DNA from: the human T2T-CHM13v2.0 reference genome, Homo sapiens
DNA: 64,000 nt
Strand: one strand, 5' to 3'
Assembly (NCBI RefSeq): GCF_009914755.1
Contig: NC_060947.1
Both the position numbers and the translations under genes were made by a program. Below are positions 42,478-64,000 of the stretch, piece by piece. Positions within the stretch are counted from its first letter, which is position 1; each line of letters begins with the position of its first letter. The notes below the pieces were generated by a model that made no database searches, was not told the origin of the DNA, and worked only from the letters and a program-made list of their open reading frames with translations.

Positions 42478-43074
42478 TTTTTCAAAGCGTAGTTGCCTTG
42501 CACCAAAATCAATATATATTCTAGAAGAAAATCAAAACAAATATTTGTTGAGGAAACACTGTGTAGTAGATGCTCTCAAGTAGAGATTTCAAATTTCCAT
42601 ACATAACCATATTATTTTGGTTTAGTTATGTTCAGATGGTGAGAAGCATTAATAATGCTGTAGCTGATAGAACTGTAGCCATTAATAATGGCTGTAGCTG
42701 ATAGAACTATTGGGGTTGCAGTCAGAATCATTTTTTAGAAGTTATCCATTTGAAATGTACAATAATCTCTTTGGTGATACTTCTGTTTTTTAAATGTTAG
42801 CAGTTACTTTGGTTTGCTTTGCTTCTGCTAACCACTTACACTTGCTATTAGGTTAACTACTTAACTTATTGTGAAAAAGAATGGCTTCTAAAATAGAGGA
42901 GATTTAAAGTATTTATAAAGGTGGAATGCACCTAGAAACATAACTTTACCCTTGGACAATATACAGCTATTTCTAAAAATATTGGGTGAGAGGTATTTTC
43001 TGGGGTTATAGACTTCTTGCATCAACTATTTAGAGAGACTGAGTTAGATAACTTATGTTTATGAAGGTTCATTT

Positions 43075-49918
<6,844 letters not shown>

Positions 49919-50019
49919 TGATGGTTAATATTTTTTATTAACACAGGCTGGTTAGGCTTAGTAACATCCTTAATATAGGTCAATCAAAGGAGTGGTCAAG
50001 TTTTTGTTATGAAAATAGT

Positions 50020-50230
50020 AACATAGCTCTGTGGAATGCAGACTGGAGGGAAAGAAAGAAATTATTAGCAGAAAAACTATTTATAAAGTTGCTTTAATAG
50101 TTTATAAGAAAAAGACATTAAGGCCTAAACAAGGAAAATGACAGTGTCACTTGAAAGGAGAGGTATCATTAGACATATTTCAGATTTTACCCAGACCACT
50201 TGATAATCAATTAGATAAGAAATTAAGGAG
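50020..50230 (-). mobile_element. L2 fragment
   Basis: ctgtggaatgcagactggaggg...aggcctaaacaagg...acttgataatcaattagat. Confidence 0.55.
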
Positions 50231-51059
50231 CATGAAAACTAACTTGGAATATTATTTTTAAAATAAACAGAAATAAAGTGTGTAAAGAAGCTTGCCTGGC
50301 ATATAGTAGCACTTCAGTTAGTCCCAGTAATTATAATAATAACTATATTAATAAAATAAATAAAACTATTATATTTATTGGTGGTAGAATGACATGAAGT
50401 AAAGAGAAGAAGACATAAAATCTATCCTTAAACATTTTGGAGGCTGTTACCTTTGCCATATAAATACTTGAGTCTTTGCTTAGAAACATTGCAGATTCAA
50501 GGATAGAAAAAAAACTAGTAAAAATCAGGGCATGAACAATAGTTACATCTCCTTTAATCATTTTGAACTTTCTTCCTTCTTTCTTCTTGACATTGCATCC
50601 ATTATCTCTTGTTGCCCCTTTCCCTATTTTCTGCTTCTGTTCACATTTTCTTTACAACGGTTTCTAATAAAAATTGCTTATTGCTACTTAGTCACCATTA
50701 TTTTTCTTTGCACAATAAAAATATTCTGAGGGCAAATTTTGAAACTTGACATTTGTCAATAATCCTCCTGCTAGGAAAAGACCAAAATTGTTTTATCATT
50801 TTTTTTTTCTGAAAAAAAATCCCTTCTGTATTTAAATTATCTTATGTAGCAGGATTCAGGTCATTTTTCTACAAATGAAAACTGCAAAACAACTGATATT
50901 GCCTATCTATAATCCACAGCACAAAGTCCAGATTTTGTTCTTTTCTATATAGGCTCTCTGAAATAATGTGAAAATCTGACTTTTTTTTTTTTTGCCTTTT
51001 CTCTAAATGTTACCTCCCTTTTACCTCATCCAATGGCTACAAATATTGTTTTCCTTTTT

Positions 51060-51450
51060 TCTGAAAAAATCATTCTCATGAGTGCCATGCTCTTTGCACA
51101 TGCTCTTTCTTTGCCTGGGAAGCCCTTCACCAACTTTTAATACAGTGCAATCTAATTCTTATCCTTCAGCTCAACTAAATTCCATTTCCTTTGAGATGCC
51201 TCCTTTCATTTCTTCAAAGAGGGAACATATATGTTGCCACAGAACTTTTGCAAATCTGTGTTATAGAACTTAACACATTGTAGTTATTTGTAGACGTATT
51301 TGTCTCTTTCAGATTGAGCTACCAGAGAGAACGGGTGACATTCTAGTCATTTATATATTTCTTGAATGAAGCACTCATCAGTATGATTAAGAGATAGTAG
51401 TTTCTTAGTTAATATGTGACAGCAGAAGAAGTGAATGAATAAGTAATTTA
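51060..51450 (+). mobile_element. L2 3' fragment
   Basis: ctttgcacatgctctttctttgcctggga...tcttatccttcagctcaa...agattgagct...gtgaatgaataa. Confidence 0.7.
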
Positions 51451-52264
51451 ATGAAGTCTTATGACTGACACTGTGGTAGACACTAGGTTCCCTGTGCTTT
51501 TTTTGTAGTGCATATTCTTCTTTTCTTGTCAGGCAGCATTCTTATTAAACTGAGAAGATAATCTAAAATGGCCTATAAATGCTTTCCAGAAGATCAAATA
51601 AATATTCCTATGTAAGGCCTAGGTGAAATTTATGAGGCTACAAGAATGGTGAAATGAGATCAGTCAGTCAAGTGTGGAGGAAAGTAATTACGGCTGGAAA
51701 AGATTTAAACTATTAGAGAAGACTGGATTAGAGAATATTAATATTCTAGAAAATAACAAGCTTATGACAGGAATACTATATCAGAGTCAAGAGAAAACAA
51801 AAGTATAGGTAAAGACTGAATTTATCATAGCCCAAGACAAGGAGCAGGAACTGACTTTTAGTCAACAGTATTTATTGAGTCCCTACTATGTGTGCCAAAA
51901 TAAAAAATTAACTAAGTACTGGGTAACAGATAAAGAAATGATTATGAAAGCTGGCAAATAGGAAGTGAGAGATGAAACTAAAGATTTAGTTTTACTTGCA
52001 CACTGACCTTGCAATTTCCCCAATGTAATTTTGTCTGATCTGAGTTGTGGCAAGATATCCTGTTTTTTGTAGTTACAGGTATTCCTGCTGAGAGTCATTT
52101 CCTGTGCTGGATTTACCATCACAGGGACCAGATTTATAGAAAAATGAACATGTATTGTTGCTAAATGGAGTTGGTCATGGAGTGGAAACTAACAATATGT
52201 TCACCTGTAAGTTTTTAAGTGCTGTGCCAAGAAAGGCTCTTTGGAGGCCATTGCCATAATCTAC

Positions 52265-52296
52265 TGTTTACATTTGTGCATTTAGTTTCCGGGAAA
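52265..52296. promoter_or_regulatory. Forkhead site next to a consensus STAT (GAS) site
   Basis: TGTTTAC at 52265-52271 and TTTCCGGGAAA at 52286-52296 in non-repeat DNA; motif match only. Confidence 0.35.
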
Positions 52297-54576
52297 TATT
52301 TTTTAAACCTATCCTAGGAGCTATTCAGAACCATAGAGGCTATTTCAGTTCCCCTATCGACTGTGAAATGGAGATCTACATTCAAAATTTAGCCTGAGTT
52401 CTTTAGAATCCTAGTGCATGCAATTGTGAGCTCTAAAACAATGTGGTTATATCTGCTTTGGGAAATCTAGTATTCAAGTAGCTAAATTTAGAGTTTTTGC
52501 CATTATAGAAGAAGTGTTAACTGTGCAAAATCATTTGCTAATGAGTATCAAGCTTTCTGGGAACGTTTATATGATCTGTAACAGTAAACAAACTACACAC
52601 AATTTTCAGGGTGTTACGTATATTTGCCCAAAGTGGATTATCTGTAATATCTACACTAACTTAACTACCATTTATTTTCTGATATCAGAAAATTTCAGAT
52701 TTAACTTTTACTCAGGCATTTTTTCTATGAGGAAGGTTGAGCTGAAGGATAAATGAAACATAATTGCTTTATTATGTGTTACCTATCAGGCAATGTACCT
52801 TTGAGTTACTAGCACTCGCATGAGAGCAATGAAGCTGAAAACATTTTAGGGAAAATTCAAATAGGTTGGCATAGCTGGTATGTTTGGGGCTGATAAAGAG
52901 GTTGATGAAGAAGAGCTAGGAAGCACATAATGTAAGTCAAACCTGAGTTGAAGAAACAGAGATTTGTGCTCTGAGAACTTATTGGAGGACCAGCAACCTT
53001 GCTCACAGGGTTACGCCTTCAGTGCTATTGAAAGCACATACTTGGGACTTAACATCTGATAGTTAAGAAAGATAATTTGATAATAAGAAGTTTTAGTATT
53101 AAAAAATAGGCATTTTAAGCTCCTATGTTTAATGGTTCCTGGATAGAAAACCATTGCTGTTTTTTTTCCCCTCTGGATATGTAGAAATTAACTGGAAAGT
53201 TGTTTGAACAACAGTATGCTACACCTTGAATCTATTTTAGGAACATTCTTTCATGGCATATATTCACTTGATCATAAAAGGTGGTTCTCATTCAGGCAGA
53301 TAAACAAAAAGCACAAAAAAGAAAATTAGATGACTGCCAATGTACATCAGACATAAATTACTGTCATTAAGAATTACTGTAAAAAGAGATCACACATTGT
53401 GTAGTTAAATATTTAATTCTTCTTGTATCCTGAGATACCAGTTAATATTCTTTCCTTTTAGCATAGAACTTAATTTGGTAGTTTCTTCTGGGTCCTAGGA
53501 ATAAAGAATGCACTGATATTCATTGATGCTCACTACTAGATTTTAAAGCAGACTATTACTTAAAAGCATTTGGCTAATTGTCAAATGCAAGTAAAATTAC
53601 TTTGGTTCTTTTTGTAATGGAAATTGAAATGCCATATTAGAGTATTTGATCAAAGAAAAGGAAAAATGTGGTAAGAAAACACTTCTATAGCAATGAGGTA
53701 GGGTTTTCAATAAGATTATTAATATTGTGACTCAGGGACATTACTAAAAAATTAAAAATAAGATTATGAATAAAATAAGCATACTAGAATACAATCTAAA
53801 ATAATCTTTAAATGTCATGATTCATGTTATACAAAGCCCTGCAGTCCAGGATAGTTAAATCTTTTGCTCTTGTCTGTGAGCATTACTTATCACCGGATTT
53901 GGAACAACAGGTTTTGTTTTTGGTTTTATGCTTTGTTTTCCACTTCTACCATGGAAAATGTTTAATTCTTTAGATGCTTTCTCACATTTTTCTAATACTA
54001 AATTTTTAGAAAATAGTGAATTATGACTTTTACTCCAAAGTGTAGAAGGAATACTTGCCTTAGGAAAAAACAGTTTTGCTTTATCAGGAATGCCTTCTGA
54101 GGAGTTTTACATGTCCCCTAATAAATTGCACCTATATCCCTCTGCCTAATTTCTGAACAAACTGAAAAATAAAGACATTGCTATTCAAGGACCAAGATAT
54201 CACCTTATAGATGATAAAATCAAAAGTGATGGGTGCAGCTTAGTGTAAAATCCACAAGTGCTACCTACTGAATGCCAGAAGTAGAAGGTCTTAGCCAGTA
54301 GAAGGCAGTATTGAACCAGTACCCACCAGATATGTGTTGATGAAGGGAACACTCTGGAAGAGTAATGTAATTCCAAGCAGGGAAAAAAAATGAAGCTAAG
54401 TTATTCTTCTCAGTTTTACCAATTAGTTAAATCATCCTCCATTACCTGGGGACAGAGTGAGTAAAGAAGCAAGCCAATGCCAGAAATGTGTTTGGAAAAA
54501 CATGTGGGGAGAGATTAAGTCTGTACCTTACCAATTGTGAGAAATCATTGATATTATAAATTTCAATTTAAAAATA

Positions 54577-56575
<1,999 letters not shown>

Positions 56576-58430
56576 AAATGTCAGGCTTAAGTTTTCCTGT
56601 TTTTTTTTTATTATTATTATTTTGTGCTCTTCAACCGCCACATTCCCATTAGCAGAAATGTGACTAAGAGATCAAGAGGAAAATATACAGAAAATTATCA
56701 TTTTAAGAACATTTGAATGGTGATGTCTAAATTTCTACTTTGCTATACAGGTCTTGATAAATTACAGTAGAGTTGATCAAATATAATACTTCTTAGGAAA
56801 GAGGATGTACTTTGGTATTTATATGTGTGTTTAAAAATGTCACAATGAAAATATAAATGCAGTATATATCTTTCTTGGACAAAAATCAATATGCCACTTT
56901 GAGAGTCTTGACTGGCAGAAAATATCATATCAAAAATCACATCAAGATAGAATTTATTTTCTATTAGAAATGCTCTTATTCAGTCAGCGCTATCTGATTC
57001 TGCTTTATTTTTCCATTACGGTAGATTAATCCTGAACTTCTTCCTTAACTCTAATGAAATCTCATGTTACATTTTATGTAAATATTCAGGCATATATATA
57101 TTATATATATATAAAACTATCATATTTCATTGTAATACCTGTTTTTGCCATTTTGGCTGTGTTTATCTAAATATAATCATATTTTATTTTTACTAATCTT
57201 TTGAGTGTGTGTGTATGTGTGTGTGTGTCCTTCAGTTAAGTTCTTGGCAATCCCTGGATGTATTATTTTGTTTCTGTTTCCTATTTTTCAATAACTATAT
57301 GTTAATTATAACATTAACAATTACACTTAAAATGGATGACGAACTACATTTCAATCAAACACAACTTGTTGCTTCTGTGCATGGATAGAATTTTGAACTT
57401 TAACATTGTTTCTGACAAAAAAAAACATTAACTCTTTGCAGATAATGTAAATCCAGTTGATAAAATAACATGCAGATTTGATTCCTGCTTACACAGAGAA
57501 AAGATTTGTTAAGATTGGCAAAAAGAAAACTTGACCATTGTTATCTGGCATTTTAAAACTAATAACCAATCTTGTCTTACTTTTATTCAGTCTAACCTTT
57601 ATTTCATATTAATTAAAATAAAGCAAAACAAAACATAATTATAAATGCAGAGATATTGCTGAATGAAATTGTCTCTGAAAATAGATCACTGAAATTTGGA
57701 GAAGAAACAAAGATCATAGATAGTAAGAAGAAAGAAACAATTGTTAATTTATAGGTGGATGATACCATTAATATTATCTTAAATATAAAAATTATTTGCA
57801 CGTCTGCATCTGATTCTAGGAAAGTATATATTTTCAATCAATGTTGGTATATATACATATATATAGTATTTTGAAACAACATAATTATTTCCTGAAGTAT
57901 TTTTGTTGTTCTTTTTCCCTTAAGCCCATGTATGATTCTTGTTTAGAAGGTGAAAGCTCAACATTTTGTAGAATTTAATATTAATGTATTATATCTCTAC
58001 AAGGATTTATAATTTTCAAAACAATGAATTAGTAAACAATAAAGCAACAACTTCTAACTCATATTTTTCTACATTTGAATGGATGGATAATTGTGAGCAC
58101 TGTCTTCTCAACCACTTGGAGAAGAGCTCTGCATTGGAGTCTCATCTTCTCACCATGTACTTTAAGAATAGAGAACATGTGGTACATGGCATTTAAGAGA
58201 TGGTGAAACAATTGGAAATAGTCAAAAATCCATTCATTGTGTAGAGACGAATCAAGTGTCTCATGACATTTCATTTAAGGCTGTCTCTGATTTTGACTCT
58301 ACTAATTTTGTGCATCAGGTTGACTTCATTCATTTTCTGTAATTTAAGGGTAACATTTCTAATAAGACTTCCGCTGAGTTGATATAATTAAGTAAGAAAC
58401 AAAATATTAAGTTACTGTTAAAGGTGTGTG

Positions 58431-58649
58431 TTTTGTTTTGAGACCACAGTCTTGCTCTGTCACCCAGGCTGGAGTTCTGTGGCGTGATCTCGGCTCACTG
58501 CGACCATGGCCAGCTAACTTTTATATTTTTAGTAGAGATGGGGTTTCTCCATGTTGGCCCGGCTGGTCTTGAACTCCTGGCTTCAAGGGTCCACCTGACT
58601 CAGCCTCCCAAAATGCTGGAATTACAGACGTGAACCACCATGCCTGACC
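58431..58649 (-). mobile_element. Alu (old S or Jb) with an internal deletion of about 75 bp
   Basis: ctcactgcgacc|atggccagctaa junction; TSD AAAGGTGTG at 58420-58428 and 58650-58658. Confidence 0.92.
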
Positions 58650-59435
58650 AAAGGTGTGGTTTTTCTTAAACGTGTTTTTAATGGATCAGAGGAGAAGCCA
58701 GGTAAGGACACTATTCTGTACTTGCTCTGACTTTCTTTAATCTCAGCAAACTATTTCCATACTCTAGTTGAATCAGTATAGATCAAGTGAATGGCCAAAA
58801 ATATCATCAATTCATGTTAATGATACAATTGTGTCCTATGAGGTTTGTTGTTTTTAGTTTTATTTTTGCTTCTTTTTCTGGGCTTCAAGTTTATGCTTTC
58901 TATGCACTTTAGTAAAAATCATTGTGTGACCAAGAGAAGCACAAATATTGCTGTCCAAACTGGTCACGCTTCTCCTTCATTTGCCAATATTCACAGACTT
59001 ATAACTTGGTACCCAAAAACTCTCTCAAGGCTCAGATATCTGAAGTTTCTAGTCTATCAGTGTTCTTAAGAATTAAAAAGTTATCATTTATTAGAATATT
59101 AGAAATTTTATTAGAGATAAATTTATGCCATTCTATAATGCATCCTGCCTAAGTTATTTGAGTAGCCAATAACAATAGAAGGAATATAAACAAGTAACCC
59201 AGAATGTCCCTTGAATTTAGCATTACATGTACAAAATGTTTAGTATACAATTTTGCCAACATATTTCAGCTCATAGACATATTATAATATGCTATATATA
59301 TGGATAATGTAAATTAAGAAAACATATATTTATTTTGTTATGGCTAATTCTCAGAAAATAAAAGTAAATAAGTCTCTTGGGAGCCAAACTGAAAGTTGAG
59401 GGTTTCAAAAATGGTGTTATTTTGCCGAGAAATGA

Positions 59436-59765
<330 letters not shown>

Positions 59766-59799
59766 TAAACAATCATTTTTAAAGAAATGTAAGGCCTAT

Positions 59800-60200
59800 A
59801 TTTGATTAGGAGAACCAAGTCTCCTCCTATATCATGAGCCTAACTCTGAATGACCAGACACAGAAGTCTACTGCTGAAAGTTGTATGATCATAGAGAGAG
59901 ACTCCTACAGAATTAACAGAACTATTCATGATCCTTTGAAAGTTGAGGGTGAAGCAAGCATATTGACAAAACTCTCCAGCACTCTAGGATTCACACTAAG
60001 CAAGAGGTAGCAGCAAACTCACTGCTGGAGGAATTTGAAGTTTGTGGTACAATGAAAGTAACCATAGCAACAACAAAATCCAAACTGAGCTCAATTCCAG
60101 ATGTGGCTGAACCAACTTCCTTCTCTTTCCCTAACCACCTCACAGTCTGTATGAAATAAACACTAAAGCCTTGACAGATGAATACACATCATTTTCCATT
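59800..60200 (+). mobile_element. Old L1M 5' region fragment
   Basis: ctgctggaggaatttgaagtttgtggtac...gtaaccatagcaacaacaaaatccaaactgagctcaattcc. Confidence 0.55.
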
Positions 60201-60469
60201 TGGTTGTTTTAAAGGTGTACTTGTCACTGCAGGAAGATATAACACTCATTTAACAGTATAACATTTAATGTTCAGATTTATGTTAAGCAGGCTCCCAATT
60301 TTACTTTTGCTCTGTGTGTATTCTTGCACATATTATGCCCAACTCTAGATCTCAGAAAACTATGTGGCACCAATAGCTAGCATGAAATTGAAATGCTATA
60401 GATGGACATCTATGTTGTCTCTATCTCTGTTACCACAGATTACTTCTCTGTTTTTTTTTTTTTCTAACT

Positions 60470-61070
60470 GAACAAGATAATTCATAGCTCTTTGTGCTCC
60501 TGGCAGAAGTTTATTTCTTTTTAAATATTTCCCCCAGGCATAGAGTTACTCAATCATAAGAATCCTCAATTGTACTAAATACTTTGATAATGACTTCCAA
60601 AATGGCCACAGCAGTTTTAATTCCCAATGACTATATATTAAGGGTTGCTGTTCCCCCAACCTCCACCATTTGAATTAGTTGACTTTCCATTTTCCTCCTA
60701 GTAATACTAACGCAGCACATGTGTTGCTTTACATTTCACCATTTCAATTACTGGTGATGTTTACCATCTTTTCACATAATTGTTGGTCATTTGTGTGACC
60801 CCCTCCATTCACTCAGTATTATCTAAGCGACTATTTTCTGCCAAGCTTTGCACTAGGCAACTAGTGATCAAACAGTGAACGATTTATTCATATTGCTTGC
60901 CTGTTTTTTGTGTTACTGTGTTTTCTTTTGCACCTTCTGTCTTTTTATGGTGGATTTGGGAGAATTATTTGCATGTATTACATATTAATCTTTTATTGGT
61001 CATCAACACTGCAAAGTTTATCTCAGTCTCTATCTATTACCTGTTTATTTGATTTTCTTCTTTGAATAGA
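60470..61070 (-). mobile_element. L1ME-like fragment with a small L2 piece (about 60805-60880)
   Basis: ttccaaaatggcc...ttcccaatgac...catcttttcacata...ttggtcatttg; cattcactcagtatt...tgccaagc...ctaggca. Confidence 0.5.
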
Positions 61071-62416
61071 AATGGAATCCTCATTTTTAAATAGCACGCA
61101 AGATAATTCCAATGCAGATGGTTCTTTACAATAGCTGGAGAACTCTTGGATCTAGATTTGTTCTCATTTATCCATGTTTTAGAAAGCATATATGTGAAAG
61201 TAATATATTTAGATGGCAGTGACAAAAGTTTGCTTTCTACTTGAAGAGAGCAGCATCTTTCTGGAACAGCTAATGCAGAGGATTCTGAACCAGGAAATAC
61301 TGTTCTATTCAATTAAATTTCCTTATATTAATATGTTGAAACAAGAGCATGTCATAACCAGTGTAATGAATGTTGTGTCTTTTTTAAAACCTCTAATGTA
61401 ATTATATTGCCTTTAGTGTCTGAAAATGTGTTACTATTCTAAATCAAATGATTCCACCATCATTTTCATTTTCATTAGTTTTAATTCTTTTTATAATCAG
61501 TGGATCTTCTGAAAGCCGTCATAACCTAATATCAGAAACCAGATAGAGTATGGCTCTCTCAAAGTGTTATCAATCAGGGCACCTAATATCTTCAAATTAT
61601 TTTGGGTTTTATTTAAGCACTATTACTCTTTTTGGCTAAAGTTTTATGTGACTATGAAAGCATAAATACCTTTTTTTGATACTTATTTCAGTTTTGAAGA
61701 CCAACTTATGTTTTCCTATGAGAAATATTTTGCATCTATTATATTATGCTTTCTAGGCCTAATTTATTTGAAGAAAATATAATAATTAGGTGGAAAAGAA
61801 ATATTGTCAAGTGTTCTTCAACTTAATTTTTGTTAAAATCATAATTTGACATTAAAGTCTAAAATCTGTCTTGCTTCTCATGAAGGTAAGTCCCCATAAT
61901 TTCTTTTCTGTGATATATACCTAAGCAATACCTTAAAACGATACTTTAACTGGGTTCAAAAATCAATTTGAACTCAAAAAAGGCAGTTGAATTTTGTCAA
62001 ATAACTTCTCTTTGTAGCTATTTAATGCTAAGTGATAAGTTTAACAGATGTGTTTACTCCTTTCTATTTATTTTGGTAAGGTTTACACACAAACAATATT
62101 TACTTTTACAGTTGTTTGTTTACGCCCTAGCTAAAGCTTCTTCAATGTACAATAAGGGGACACTTTCACTACCAGATATCCCACATTAATCTCTATTACT
62201 ACCAGTTTGCCTTTAGCCTGAATGTTTCTTAGGACAAACATTAACAGCAGCAGCATTTAGAGATCCCCCTAACAACAGGTATCCCTCTAGACAAAAAGAC
62301 TTGGCTTATAAGCATATGGAACAAGTTTTGGTATAACCGAGGTCATTGTACTGTAAATCTATTGAGATACATGAACAGGGATAACTACACATAGGAATAC
62401 TTAATTTTTTTTGTAG

Positions 62417-62860
62417 TGTATCAGTTAGGTTTTTCTTCTGTGTAACAATGTACTCCAATGCTATATGGCTTAAAATAACAACAATTTTAATTAATTATTG
62501 TGCTAGTTGAAAAAGCAAACTATTCTGAGTTGGCTGGTTCCATGTGGGTTCATCCTTGGCATCATGGCCAGCTGTTGGGTTGACTGGGGGCTGGATGGTT
62601 TAGGAAACTGAGCTGGAACAGTATATCTTTGCTCTATGTTGTCTCTCATCCTCCAGCAGCCTTATGCACAGGCTTGTTCACAAGGCAACTGGACAAGTTT
62701 TCAGGGAACAAATAGAAGCCTAGGAAACTTAAAGCTCAGGCTCAGAAGTGGTACATAGTTACTTATCCTGCATTTGATTGGTCAAAGCAAGTCACAATGC
62801 AGGTTCAGAGTCAAAAGAAGGGAAAATAGATTATACCTCTTGTTGGGAGAAACTGTACAA
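62417..62860 (-). mobile_element. MaLR LTR (MLT1H-like)
   Basis: tgtatcagtta...ggcttaaaataacaac...gtctctcatcctccagcag...attggtcaaagcaagtcacaa. Confidence 0.8.
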
Positions 62861-62879
62861 TAAAAAAGAAAAAGAGCAA

Positions 62880-63940
62880 CATAACTAAGAATATAGCTTA
62901 CCAAGGGGGTGAAATATATCTACAATAAGAATTGCAAAACACTGCTGAAGGAAATCTGATATGACACAAACAAATGGAAAAATAATATTACATGCTCATG
63001 AATAGGAAGCATCAATATTGCTTAAATGGCCATACCACCGAAAGCAATTTACAGATCCAAAGTTATTCCTGTCCAAGTACCAACATCATTCTTCACAGTA
63101 TTGGAAAAATCTATGATAAACTTCATATGGAACCCCCGCCCCCCCAAAAAAGTGCAAATAGCCAAAGCAGTCCTAAGGAAAAAGAACAGACAGAAGAATC
63201 ACACTACCAAACTGCAAACTATGCTACAAGGCTACAATAACCGAAACATCATGATACTGATACAACATATAGACACATAGACCATTGGAACAGGTTACAG
63301 AACCCAGAAATGAAGCTATTCATCTACCAACCACCTGATCTTCAGCAAATTTGGCAACAATACATGATGGGCAAAAGGCTCCATAGTCAATAAATTGTGC
63401 TGGGATAACTGGCTAGTCATATGCAGAAGACTGACTCTAAACCCTTTCCATTCACCATATGCAAAGATTAATTCAAGATGGGTTAAAAAACTTAAATGTA
63501 AGACCTAAAACAAAACCCAGGAGAAAATCTAGGAAATACCATTCTGAATATCAATTTTGGCAAAGAATTTCTGATTAAGTCCTCAAAAGCAATTACAACC
63601 AAAACAAAATTTGACAAGTAGGACCTAATTAAAGAGGTTTTGCCCAACAAAGGAGACTATCAACAGATTAAACAGACAACCTAAATAATGGGAGAAAATA
63701 TTCATAAGCTATGCATCTAAGAAAGGTCTAATATCCAGAATCTATAAGAAACTTAAATAATTCAGGAACAAAAAAGAAATATCTTTATTAAAAATGGGCA
63801 AAAGACAAACAGACGCTTCTCCAAAGAAGACATATATGTGGTCAACAAATTTATGAAATAATGTTCATCATCACTAATCAGTAGAGAAATGCACACTAAA
63901 ACCACAATGAGATCCTCACACCAGACAGAATGTCTATTAT
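62880..63940 (+). mobile_element. Older L1PA/L1PREC-type ORF2 fragment
   Basis: MAIPPKAIYRSKVIPVQVPTSFFTVLEK; tgtgctgggataactggctag; ccacaatgaga...cacaccagacagaatg; frameshifted. Confidence 0.9.
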
Positions 63941-64000
63941 TATTTTTCTTTTCTTCTTTTTAAGTGTACATAAAAGCATTTTACATTATGAAACCCCGTA

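Noticed and set aside
57613-57837. Hydrophobic 74-aa ORF and its lysine/glutamate-rich antisense frame
   Set aside because: No recognisable homology or splice context; explained by A/T-rich composition.

Overview
AT-rich, CpG-poor primate genomic DNA; AluY/AluS/AluJ and L1PA copies point to a catarrhine, human-like genome. I recognise no intact protein-coding exon, RNA gene or CpG island. The window is mostly interspersed repeats: about 15 L1 pieces (including a near full-length L1PB at 43.1-49.9 kb), 8 Alus, L2/MIR, MaLR and ERV1 solo LTRs, and a degenerate ERVL provirus ending in an LTR33-like LTR. The one host-gene-derived feature is a processed pseudogene of sorcin (SRI) on the minus strand (16155-16634), nested in ERVL pol. 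It keeps the 5'UTR and codons 1-73, then jumps to a polyadenylated 3' segment. Most worth a second look: a 208-bp templated self-insertion with fold-back and slippage junctions inside the L1PB 5'UTR; three retro-insertions that keep both ends but lack their middles; a strong minus-strand bias of retroelements suggesting an intron of a plus-strand transcript; and a few candidate non-coding exons and enhancers. I see no evidence for a new biological system. Repeat subfamily names come from my recall of consensus sequences and need RepeatMasker/Dfam confirmation.
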